Shown here piece by piece: positions 23,051 to 35,038 of a DNA stretch of 64,000 bases; position 1 is the first letter of the stretch, and every line of letters begins with the position of its first letter. A program made the translations under genes and the position numbers. The notes beneath the pieces were generated by a model. The model saw nothing but the letters and a program-made list of their open reading frames with translations. It was not told the DNA's origin and did no database searches. Source of the DNA: Hypanus sabinus (Eukaryota); the NCBI RefSeq assembly GCF_030144855.1, contig NC_082715.1, positions 146,630,001-146,694,000 of the forward strand, written 5' to 3'.

Positions 23051-24262
23051 TAACTGTTTTATACAGCTGATGACAATTCAGAGTTCCATCTTCAAAGAAC
23101 GGTTACCATATTATCAAATCATATATACTATATGCAACCTTGAGATTCGTCAAGGAATTTCAAAATTCGTCAGGAAGCCACAAAACAAAGAAATCCCATA
23201 GAACTCATTAAAAACGTAGAGCGTCAAACACACATTGTACATGGGGGGGGGGGGAACAAAGCGTCCAAACAATGAAAGTAAGCAAATGACATTCAGAACT
23301 GCATTTACGTAAGCGAATCCACCGCCACGAAGTCAGTCATCACTGCGGCCGGTTCAGGAGTCTGTTAGTTGGAGGCCACTACCTCAGTTCAGTGCACAGA
23401 CGAGTAAACCTCTCGGAGCAACGAGCGGCATACCGGTGCCCCCCTCGCCTCCCTGACACCCTCGCATTTTCAATCCGGCCTGGCACTTAAATTGGCCAAA
23501 CCTTAGGTCGTTCCTCACTCGCAGTCCCGGGCCCTGCCGCTTCAATTGGTTCCAAGTCCGCTCCAGCAATAGCGAAACATTGGCTCTTTCCCCACTCTCG
23601 TGCTCCGGATTCGCCTCCTCGATTCAGACTGTACAGAGCACGTCGCAACCGATCTGCACGTTCGAGTCTTCAAATCACACCTCAAAAATGCCAAGTCGCA
23701 CAGCCGTTTCGAAGGCTGAACTCCGAAACGAAGATTACAGGCTATTGATTTAAGTGATCGTTATTAAGAAAACGCGTGACTAGTAAAGTATTTAATCGTG
23801 TTTGCTGACATCAAGTCGTCATTGTGCTTCAATAGCGCCATCTTAAACCGGAAAAGAGTCAATAGCTCAATTTCAGTAGGGTTAAGGTCATATATAAGTC
23901 TAACTTGTTAAGAATGACAGAATTTACCCCCTAACGTGCAATAATGAGCCATATAAGCTTCATGGTTATATATGTTTATCATCATTTGGGTGTGTTCTTT
24001 ATCTTTTATATCCGCAATGAAAAGTGTGTTTACCATGAATTGTGATATTTACCGTCCAGTAGAGTTGAGTAAGTAACTGTGTTAGTGCGAATGTGCGGCT
24101 GGAAGCAAAACCAATTACGAAACTCTTTTGGGCCTGTCTATAATCTGTCCTTAGAACAGTCCTGAGATATCCCAAAAAATGGCGACTTCCTTACACCAAG
24201 TTTGGAGATATGCATTTGTTGCAAATACATCAGTAAATGAAGTCTTGATTGAAATCTGCAAA

Positions 24263-26337
24263 AAATAGTCTTACCCTAGTAAAGGGGCACGAGACAGGGT
24301 TGTGCATGGTCACCACTACTCTTCGCGTTATATCTGGAACTATTAGCTCAATACATCAGACAAAATGAAGATAACAGGGGAATTACTATTAAAGGGACAT
24401 GGCATAAATTGGCTTGTTATGCGGATGACATTTTGATCTATCTGGGGCAACCAACACACTCTTTACCTAAATTGATGCAATCCTTTGAACAATATGGTCA
24501 ATTATCGGGATACAAGATCAACATAGATAAAACCCAATTACTTTCATATTACTATAGCCCACCAAGAGAAATTGAAAGCCGATACCCCTGGGCATGGCAC
24601 ACAGAGTCTTTCAAATATTTGGGCATCATTATGCCAAAAGATTTGGCAAAATTATCAGAATGTAATTATCAGCCTTTATATAAAAAAAAATTAAGGAAGA
24701 TGTGACAAGATGGAGACTGATTCCTTTTTTCAGTCTCAGGTCAAGGATTGAGTCTATTAAAATGAATATACTGCCCAGACCATTTTCTCTTTCAGATCCT
24801 TACAGTGGAGATTAACCAAAATCAATTCAATGAATGGAACAAGATGCTATCAAGGTATATTTGGCAGGGTAAAAGACCTCGAGTTCGTCTCAAAACTTTG
24901 CAATTAGCAAAGGAAAAGGGGGCTTGCCTTCTCTTAGAGATTATTATTTTGCAGCACAGTTGAGAACTGTGATATGTTGGTGCAACCCATCATATGACGC
25001 TCAATGGAACAACATTGAGGAGCGGGTACTTCCCATCCCCATACAAGCAATTTTGGCTGATAACAGCCTACAAAGGTACATAAATACTATTGATAACTCA
25101 TGGGTGAAAATGACTCTTAAAATATGGAAAACTACTATAAAAGTATATAATCTAGAGGGAGATATTTCAATTCTTAAATGGTGCGGATATGATTCTGATT
25201 TTACATCAAATAAATTGGATGCTGGGTTTAAGGACTGGACAGCTAAAGGAATAACAGTTCTTTGCAACATAATGAAAGAAGGAACTGTTCGGTTTTGAAA
25301 TACTTAAAGAGAAACACATTAGAAAAACAAGATTTTTATCGATATTTACAGATGCAGCAATATGTTAATGAGATGCTTAAAATGTAACCAAGGCAAATAC
25401 ATGCTTGATAGAGCTCTTTAGCAAAGCATTCAATTCAGATAATGGTAGTAGAATCATTTCAAGCACGTATAAGGGGTTGTCAAAACTTAAAACACATTCG
25501 ACTTCATACATTAAAACAAAATGGGAGAAGGAAGGAGGGATAATTATATCTGAGGAAGAATGGACAACAATATGGAGATATCAATGGAAGTGTACCAATT
25601 CACAGAAATGGAGGGAGTTTGGATGGAAAAACTTGATACGGTATTTTATCACACCCTCTCTGAAATCCCATTATGATAGTGACCTCCCTGTTTGCTGGAG
25701 GAATAGTGGAAATCAAAATGCAAATCATTATCATATTTTTAGGGACTGCCCTGTTATCAAAAACTATTGGAGGGGGATACACAATGCCGTACAAGACATC
25801 TTTAAATGTGAAATACCTTTGGAGAGTAAGACCATATATTTTGGATATATACCTCAAGAACGGTTGAAAAGAGATAAATATTTAATGAATATATAATGTT
25901 GGTGGCTGGTAAAAAGACTCTTACTAGGAAATGGTTATCACAGGAGAGCCCAACTTTAAATACATGGATGGAAATTACAATGGACATTTACAAAATAGAG
26001 AAGATAACAGCATCTGTTAATCATAAGCTGGAACAATTTGATTCATACTGGGGGAAAATGGTTTAACTACATAATGCCTCATAGGCCTGATTTTATTCTC
26101 ACAAATCAATGAATTTGTTGTAAAAAAAAAGATCACTCCCTCCTTGTACATAGTTCTTTCCTTTTGATTGTTTTTTCTTTCCACTCTTTTCTATAAGTGT
26201 ATACCCCAGATAAATACTTTGTGGGGATTTTATGATATATATGATTATACGATATATATGTACAATGTCTGAAATACGTCTTATGGAAATGTTTGCTTGA
26301 TGAACTTCAATAAAAAATATAAATTACAAAAAAAAAA
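24263..26337 (+). mobile_element. 5'-truncated L1-clade LINE with poly(A) tail and target-site duplication, private to unit 2
   Basis: RT YADD motif ([10 protein letters not shown]), [15 protein letters not shown] and a C-terminal CWR...HIFRDCP motif. AATAAA at 26309-26314 then an A tail. TSD GAAATCTGCAAA (24251-24262) and GAAATCTGGAAA (26338-26349). The site is single-copy in units 1 and 3. Confidence 0.9.
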
Positions 26338-26985
26338 GAAATCTGGAAAGAAACAAAATTAACGTGTTCACTCAAGTTAACGAAGGTAATCAAGTCAGGT
26401 AGAGACAGTGAACCCTGTAGAGGTCACAAATCCATTCCACCAACTACAAGGCATATGTCGAATATAATAGAATGCCCTGCTCAATCCTACAGTTTAAATA
26501 ATACTCAAAAAGAACGGGGCTGTCAGCGAAAAAAAAGCCTTCTTCTTCAGTGGTAAGCTTTAACATTGTTAAATTTTATACAAGACAAGCTTTTCACTGT
26601 ATCTTGGTACATGTGTCAATAATAAACCAATACAAACCACTGAAGAATAATGGCTGCAATGTGTATAATCTCTAAAATTCATTGCAGTTAATCAATAATC
26701 ACAACGCACCTTCCAAGCTGGCGACTTTTACCAGCAAGAAAGACAATTGTTAAAAGTATGTGGGAAACCGACACCAGCGCCAACAACTGTAATCCATCCT
26801 AATCTGGAAATAAAAATATTTACCTTCTTTCATTTTCTGCACGGCCAGCGATGGCAATTCCTCTTCAATAACGCTAAGGGAGTCCGGTAACAGAAGAACT
26901 ACAGCGCTGTAAGAGTTCGGCTCACAACTATCCCTTCAAGGCGAATTAAAAACGGCCAGTGACCGCTGGCTTGCTCAGCAACACG

Positions 26986-28720
26986 CAAATCGCCAAGACA
27001 AGCGGCACATGAGTGCAAGGGTCAACGCAAATTAACGCTGGTGATAATCTGACTTACTTTCGTGTGGTTGCAGGAATTGAATTTAGTGACAAGTTAGAAA
27101 CAAGCATATTTTCTTAAGGTTGCGTTGTCTGAATGGATGTAATTCGCCACAGTCATGCTCAATAACCGGAAAGTGCTGGCGTTTTACTAGTGTCAGGAGC
27201 CGATGACATTGGAAATTGGCCTTGAACTACAGAACTAAATTTTGAAATAATTCGGTCAATGACGTAGAGCTCCTGGAACAGAATAAAAAATATATGTGTG
27301 GTATAATCTCCTCAAAGCATTGCAGTAACCATTACAGTCCGACACTCGTCTGTGAGAGGCGGAGGGTTCGACATGTGGCTGGCAACCACAACCTGTAAAA
27401 ACCCAGAGGCACAGAAACGCCAAAAGAAGCCCTAAAGACCACATCCCTCGGCAGGAATGACCTTCGCCTAAAAGACGTATGAAGTCGGGTGGTGACAGCG
27501 GCATCACAGGGCCGATCATGCAAATCGCCAAAACAAGCGGGACATGAGTGCAAGGGTCACCAGAAATTAACGCTGGTGATAATCTGGCTTCCTTCAGTGT
27601 GGTTCTAGCAATTTAACTCAGTGACACGTTAGAACAAAGCATATTTTCTTAAAGTTCTGTTTGTCTGCATGGACGTAACTCGCCACAATCAAGCTGAATA
27701 CTCGGAAGATATTGGCTTTTTACTAGAGTCAGGAGCCAATGGCGTTAGGATTTGGCCTCACACCCCAGTACTAAATATTGACATTATTCGGTCAATGACG
27801 TAGAGCTCCTGAAGCAAACTAGAAAAAAATACATTAGACACGAGACACTAGAATACTACAGCACAGTACAGGCCTTTCGGCCCTCGATGTTGTGCCGACC
27901 CATATATTCCTAAAAAAGAAGTACTAAACTAACACTACCCCATAATCATCTTTCATCCGTGTGCCTGTCCAAGAGGCTCTTAAATACCGCTAATGCTTTA
28001 GCGTCTACCACCATCCCTGGCAAGTTTTTCCAGGCGCCTACAACCCTCTGTATTAAAATTACCCCGATGTCTCCACTAAACCTCCCTCGCATAACTTCGT
28101 ACATACGCCCTCTGGTGCTTCCTTTTCGTGCCCTGGGAGCCAGGTACTGGCTATCCACCCTATCTATTCCTCTCATAGTCTTGTAGACCTCTATCAAGTC
28201 CCCTCTCATTCTTCTACGCTCGAAAGAGGAAAGTCCCAGCTCTGCTAACCTTGCCTTATAAGACTTGTTTTCCAACCCAGGCATCGTTCTGGTAAATCTC
28301 CTCTGCACACTCTCCATAGCTTCCGCATCCTTCCTATAACGAGGTGAATAGTACTCTAAGTGCGGTCTCACCAGAGATTTGTAGAGTTGCAACATGACCT
28401 CTCTACTCTTGAACTCAATCCCCCTATTAATGAAGCCTAGCATCCCATAGGCCTTCTTAACTATCCTATCAACCTGTGCAGCGATTTCCAGGGATGTATG
28501 GGTTTGAACCCCAAGATCCTTCAGTTCATCCATGTGCAGTACAATGTCCTCAAAGCATTGCATTAACCATGACGGTCCCACACCCGTCTGTGAGAGGCGG
28601 AGGGCTGGACAAGGGGATAGTAACCGCAACCTGTAAAAACCTCGGCAGGAATGATCTTCACCTAAAAGAAATATGAAGTCGTGTGGTGAAAGCGAAATCA
28701 ACAGGGCCGATCAGCTTTCG
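26986..28720. repeat. Local tandem duplication with 535-bp period; second copy interrupted by a CR1
   Basis: CAAATCGCCAA.ACAAGCGG.ACATGAGTGCAAGGGTCA starts at both 26986 and 27521. Single-copy in units 1 and 3. Confidence 0.85.
27835..28530 (-). mobile_element. CR1 3' fragment, private to unit 2
   Basis: ORF 27946-28701 contains KKAYGMLGFINRGIEFKSREVMLQLYKSLVRPHLEY and RRMRGDLIEVYK, followed by a 3' UTR. Confidence 0.88.
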
Positions 28721-30894
28721 GCCCAGGACTTAGGCCGCTTACGAGCTGCTCTAAGCGCCCTATGCTGTTGCTGGTTTGATTGTTTAAGAAGAAGAATGGA
28801 TTTCAGTCTTAAGGGTCTGAAAATCATTGTTCCGTGTGCAGGTTGAAGTCCTGTATGAACACTTTCTTTCATGTAGGACTGATTTAACCCCTTTGCCAAC
28901 GCACTCTCTTATCACAGGAAAATATGGAAGACTCTTTAAACACCCGTTTTACTCTTCCTCCAAGGACACGGACGCATGTTCGCCTCTACTTGAGTGCAAC
29001 AATCCATTCTATTGAAATCTCTTTGGCAAACTGGGATTATTGTTTGGAGGCCTTATGTCACTTACCTCTCCTTTGCCATAGAAAAGTTTGGCAATGGAAA
29101 ATCTTCACTGTGATTGCAATTATCTGCAAGATTTTTAACCGTACCGCTCGCCACTCCCAATAATCTCGGGCTTTTCCGGTCTAATGTGAAGTATAATGAT
29201 ATCATTTCAACTTGGAGTTCCATGCCGGCCTGGAAAGTGCCAGAGGAAATGAAAGTTTGTGCCACCATATGACTTAATGTTTAAAGCATTTAAATATCGC
29301 TGCAATCCTCTTTCCTACAGGTAGGGTATTCTTGGTGAAGTTGGAGATCGGTGGTGGAGGAGTGTATTCTTACATGTAGCATCTGGAAATTTTGAATTAA
29401 ATTGAATTGACTTAATTTCTTACATCCTTCATATACATGAGGAATAAAGATCTTTACATCACGTTTCCGTCTAAATGTGCAATTTATAGTAATTTATAAT
29501 AAACAGTAAGTATAAAAGTACGTCAATATTGCATAGAAATACAATTACATCAGCATGAATTAAACAGTCTGATTGGCCTGGTGGCTATGCTGTCCCGGAG
29601 GCTCTTGGTCCTGGCTTTTTTGCTTTGGTACCGTTTCCCGGATCGTAGCAGCTGGATCAATATGTGGTCGGGGTCAGTTGGTTCCCCAATGATACTTCCA
29701 GCCATTTTTACACACCTGTCGTTGTAAATGTCCTGAGAAGTGAGAAGTTCATAGATGCACTGAACTGTCCACACCACTCTGCAGAATCCTGTGATTGAGG
29801 GAAGTACAGTTCCCATACCAGGCAGTGATGAGGCCAGTCAGATTGCTCTCAATTGTGCCCCTGTAGAAAGACCTTAGGATTTGGGAGCCCATACCAAATG
29901 ACAAGGTACTAGGAGAATTGTACCGTCTAGATATTTTGTCTCTGCTCCATGTGGCGGTTCAGGCCTACCTCCTGACTATTAGTGGATGGCTCTGCTTAAT
30001 TCACCTATTTTGACCTACTACCGGACACCCAGCACGGTAAACCCTGAGTCTTAATTTAAAAGAAGCTCACTTCCGATAGATATCTGCAGCTGACGACTTC
30101 TGAAGTTAGATGATAAACATCAATCTACAGGCTAAAGGTCACTTCGAAATTATTGCACACCCTGAGTGGAAAGTGTGGAGTTTCGTATGTAGAGTGCAAT
30201 AATTTCGTCAGTGGTTGGAGCGAATATTGCTGTACCGCCTTAGCACTGACAAATGTTTATATGGCCAGTTGTGTCACGCAAACATGTATTAGCTAACTGG
30301 TACCCTCGTTGGAGCTCTCATATGTGAACACTACCGGCCAGATTTGCTATAGTATACGGTGACTGCAGTCCAAAATGACTTGGGTGACCATAGAATCTGG
30401 TTCTTGGGTGGGCTGAGTGATCCTATAAAACAATAAATGAGTGAAGGTATTTGTCTTACTTGAAGTAATCTTTGTTTTATGATAAGTGGAAGATTTGATG
30501 AACGTGTCAGAAAAATCACTCATGAAAGGAGATTTCAGTATCAGAATCAGGTTTAAAATCACAGGCGTATGTCGTGAAATGTGTTGTTTTACCGAGGCAG
30601 AGCATTGAAATACATAATACGGTAATGTTGTAATACGGTGTGAGTATGTATATATATTGTATTCTCTGTATTCTCGAATCTCCAATCATCACCGTAACCA
30701 GCATTAAAGACATCTGTACTGCGAAAATAGTAGTCAATTAGGAATATTTAATTTATTTGATAACTTAATTCAATGTTCTGTGTCCTTTCTAACCATAGTA
30801 CTAAAACTAACTGACTGTCTACTTGCGCAGTAAAGTTGTATGTCACTGTTTTCCGCTCACTGCACTCACTAAGTTTTAGTGAACTTATGCTGTC

Positions 30895-31145
30895 CTTATT
30901 TATTTACTTGTTTATCTATTTATTTATTTATTTGTTAGTTTATTGTGATACATTGCGGAATAGTCCCCGTGAACCCCCGATTTAATTCTAGCCTAAACAT
31001 GGTACAAATTAAAATGACAAATTAATCTACTATCAGTATGTTTTTGGACTGAGGGAGGAAACCGGAGCACCACGCGGTCACAGAGAGAACTACAAACTCC
31101 CAACAGACAGAGGTGAGAAATAAGCCCGTATCGCTGATACATCGT
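30895..31145 (-). mobile_element. tRNA-derived V-SINE (HE1-like)
   Basis: The minus strand contains GTGCTCCGGTTTCCTCCCTCAGTCCAAAAACAT (V-domain-like) and ends in a (TAAA)n tail. A deleted copy lies at 54375-54555. Confidence 0.7.
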
Positions 31146-31988
31146 GAACCTTGCAAGGTTTTTCTTGTTTTTTTTCCATTGTTTCAGTTCTCTGTAAATT
31201 GACACTTTTCATACAATCGAATCTAGAGCATTTTTATTAAGCCTGGGCTCATTAGTCATAGTCAATGAACAAATTGATTATATTAAAAGGACGTCTGTCA
31301 GGAACATTATTTAATGTTTACTTAGGATTGTTTGTTGCATAAACCAGTCTCTGATAGAGTGGAACACATTACGTGCGAGAACGCTGAGGTTATACCTCAC
31401 TTCCTAGTCAGACCAAGTGTGCCCTGCATGGTACACATGGTGGTTTACCTGTTTATAAAGCCTGTAAACAGGACAGCTATCAAATCGGTGTTGCTCAGTG
31501 ATTAACTACGCCAATTTCTTCCATTGCATTACACTGTGCCAAATGAGCCGCGCCGTGGAACCTGAAAACCAGTTCAGACTTGCTACAGGTACAGGATTGC
31601 CATTCAGTACTGTAATCAAGAGGAAGTAATTTCCACAGAGAAAAGAGAGTGAGATGATCACTCTTTCAGAAATTTCCGGTCATTTTTTCCCCTATCACAA
31701 AAAAAAAGTTACGACATTGCATTTGAGATAAGTTTGCTGACTTTATTGAACCACTACAAAGAGTGCTCCGGATGCAACAGTCTGTAGTTATGTTATTTAA
31801 TTAACAGAAGCAAATTTCAATTAATCTGGAGTCTTCAATCAATACTAGCTTTCTGTCAACAGAACAGAGTTTGCAGGGAACAAATCGTAAAAGCTGAAGG
31901 ACGTATTTTTAAAAATATAGTATTCCAATGAATTAAAGGAACAAGTTGTCAAAGAACTTTTCTTAGCTCAGGTAACAGGTTTATGACA

Positions 31989-32311
31989 TCAAACACAGCG
32001 AGATCTTGCGATATTTGCCCGGAGCGGGTTTGCTTGAGTCTCGTGTTTAACCACACAGGAGTAAAGCTCGTGTGAGTTCCAGTCTGAGGCTCTCAATGTC
32101 AGGTAACTGCTCACACTGAACGTGTTGTCCGTTTCCTGTTGCAGTCGGCTGTTCTTTACGCCGTTCCTTCTCGCACTGCCGTCCACAGCCCACTCAATTT
32201 CCACAGCACCCGGATTAAATCCGTTCACTAAACACACAAGCGTGGCGGTGCCCTTCACCCTGATTTCGTCCCCTGAAGGGGCCAAGACCGATACGACTGG
32301 GAGCCGAGGAT
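31989..32311 (-). CDS. IgL: Ig light-chain constant exon, cluster 2 (open frame, intact acceptor)
   Basis: 323 nt, NPRLPVVSVLAPSGDEI...SRCV*. I count 13 nt differences from the cluster 1 C exon. Confidence 0.9.
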
Positions 32312-34175
32312 CTGGTTTAAAAAAAAACAGTGGCAGTTATGTAAAGGCTAAAGAAACGATTTCACATAGCACTGACATATTCAATGTAATTAACCAGCAT
32401 GTTTTTATCTCTACACCTTTCAAAGTAAGAAATCCATACCAGCTGTTTAAGCAGCACAAGAATTTTCAATAATGATGTTGGAATTAATTCAACACTACTA
32501 CAGGAATTACTTCTTGTAGAGCATGCTCACGGTTAATAGACAGGAGAGATCGACATAATTTGTAAAGCGCATAATTGTACAAAGAACTTTGTTCTCTATT
32601 TCCTTAGCTTTCTGTCTAAGAAGAACCCATTAGTCCTCGGGAACCCTGAAGTTCAAGATGTATGATGCTAAATAGTTAAGTAGAAATATAAAATTGTGAA
32701 ATGTGAGCTGCACTGATTCAATACCCTAAATGTTAACCTTCATTTTAATATTCGAAAGCTATCAGTTCTGTTCAGCCTCTCATGCTTTAGTTTGAAAACC
32801 TTATGAAGCAAAAAAAGTAGATGTTTCACATCAGTAAAGTGATGCGGTAGTGTCTTTTCCTAATTTAATGAAGCAATTAGGTTGTTAATGTTAAGCTTTA
32901 AATATTGAACAGAATAACCTTCAACAACTTAGATTGTGACAAAGAAGCAAACCCGTTATGAAAATAAACGGGGAAAACGCAAATACTGAAAATCTGAAAT
33001 GAAACTTTAAAATGGTAAGGTTACCCAACAGTTTAGTACACAGCACGTGTGGAGAGAGAAACGGACGAAATATCGTTCGTAGCCTAAGGTTGCAGGAGAT
33101 CAATTATACAGCTTTCGTTACATGCACGTGCAGTTCAGCTCTTTGAGTGATTATCCAGAACGTTTGACGTTAATATTTCATCTCCTTCTACCTTAGGCCA
33201 CGAACCTATCAATCACCCCAAGTAGCAGGCCAGCTCTGAAGTATCGTAGACAGAACATGTAGCCTAGTTTCGCTCTCTCGAGATGCTATTTGCATGAACG
33301 CGGTTGCTCAGGAATAGAATTAGCCTCTATGTTTCCGTTCTTTCCTGCATTCCATCCTTCTCGGTGCCACAAACTCCTGTTGGGTTGATTTCTATGTTAC
33401 CTCCGAAGTAGACAGCTTTCATTTCAACTGAGATTTTGAATTGTACGACCACGGGAACAACGACCCCGCGTATCGGATGGGATCGGATGGTACCGGTTAC
33501 AGCCTAACCGGCATAAATATTTATTGATATCTATTAAATATAGAGATGCAGCGCGGAATAGGCACTTCCTCTTCCGCACCGTCCCGCTAACACTTGAGAA
33601 CCCCGACTGAATTTCAACCAATTAATTCTAATTCTTTGGCAAGAGATGGCAATAAGATTGCAAATGATATAAAAGGCTTTAATATGTTCGATAGTCCTGG
33701 AGAAAAAGAAAGACGCTCAAAATAAACTCAGCTCAACATAAGGAATGCAAATCATGAGGGCACCTATTAATACTCTCTGGAATCCATTTTACGAACCGCT
33801 GTGAACACTGCATCGCGGTAACAAACAAAATTATTATTCATAGTCATCTGCAACTGCTCTGCGTGATAATTATATTATAAATTTTGGAATTGAAAGCTAT
33901 TTCACAAAAACTTGGAGGAAACTATTAGCTTTCATTTCCAATTATTCTGCTGAACCGTTCGAACGGGACGGGGAAACGTGAGCAGGCAGTGAGGGGTGTG
34001 GGTGGGTGAGGGAGGTGATGTTGGCGATGTGGTTAACGTTAGAACAGGAGAGCAGGATTCCATCAAGACAGATTTATTATGGATGCATATTCACTGCAGA
34101 TTTAAAGTTAGATTATGTCATTATTTTACAACGATATCTATAACGCACGCTTCAGAAAGAAGAAGTTTTACTTAC

Positions 34176-34682
34176 TGCCCACTGTCACCCTTGTTCCTTT
34201 TCCGAATATTAAGGCGTTTTTCCACATGGCGCAGTAATAGTCCGCAGCGTCCTCCGATTGAACGTTGGAAATTGTGAAATATCCCGTGTTGCCCGACTGA
34301 AAGCCGGAGAACCTTTCTGAAACTCCCGGACCTCTTCCAGGGCTGCTCTTGCTGGACCAATAATAGACTAAAAGCCGGGGAGTCTTTCCAGGAATCTGCT
34401 GATACCAGGATATACCGTCATAATTCCCTAAACTGGCCCCGGACATGGTACAGCTTAATTGTAAGTTCTGCCTCGGACTGATCGACTTGGAAAGCGGCTG
34501 AGTTACTGTAACTTCTGCGCGTAAAATCTGGAAAAAACAATGAGGCAGAGTTTGTAATGGAAAACGTGAGAGAATCGTCCCAGTGAAGCAACCTTGAGAA
34601 GAAATCTAATATCGCTAAAAATAAAATAATCACAAGTCGCAAGATAAAGGAGCGCACTGACAACACGGATCCAGTAAGACAT
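34176..34682 (-). pseudogene. IgL: Leader (34682-34634) plus germline-joined VJ (34527-34176), cluster 2, with a +1 frameshift
   Basis: The VJ exon begins ATTTTACG instead of ATTTACG (352 nt versus 351 in cluster 3), which shifts the frame. The leader donor is GTGATT rather than GTGAGT. The downstream V frame is open (MSGASLGNYDGISWYQQ...FGKGTRVTVG). A homopolymer sequencing error cannot be excluded. Confidence 0.75.
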
Positions 34683-34790
34683 TGTAAATGACTGAATTGA
34701 GTCGGGCAGTGCAGCAATTTCTGGGTGAACTGGTTTCTAAACTTGTTGCCAACTCGTTTATGAAGTATGTTGCAAGGTGTCACCTTATTA

Positions 34791-34823
34791 ATGCAAATTA
34801 TAGCCTTCCTTGAGGCCAATCAG
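34791..34823 (-). promoter_or_regulatory. V promoter, cluster 2: perfect octamer/decamer and CCAAT box
   Basis: Sense TAATTTGCAT (octamer 34798-34791), 109 nt upstream of the ATG. CCAAT at 34816-34820. Confidence 0.8.
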
Positions 34824-34924
34824 AAGTTGCCCGCTTCTCCGTGTGACCCCATTCAAGCCTGAAATGGTTACATGTTCCGTATTTCGTATCACTTCGATGT
34901 GTTTTTAAATATTAAAAGCAAAAA

Positions 34925-35038
34925 TTAAATGACAGAACAAACATGAGGAAATCTGCAGATGCTGGAAATTCAAATAACAACACACACAAAATGCTGGTGG
35001 AACACAGCAGGCCAGGCAGCATCTATAGGGAGAAGCTC
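34925..35038 (+). mobile_element. Short Penelope-like terminal-repeat fragment upstream of the cluster 2 promoter
   Basis: GAGGAAATCTGCAGATGCTGGAAATTCAA...CACACACAAAATGCTGGTGGAAC...CATCTATAGG matches 41087-41168. Absent at the same site in units 1 and 3. Confidence 0.7.

Noticed and set aside
27256-27531. Signal-peptide-like MWSLGLLLAFLCLWVFTGCGC
   Set aside because: It is the antisense of the RTE-like repeat, and the unit 1 copy has a stop at the fourth codon.
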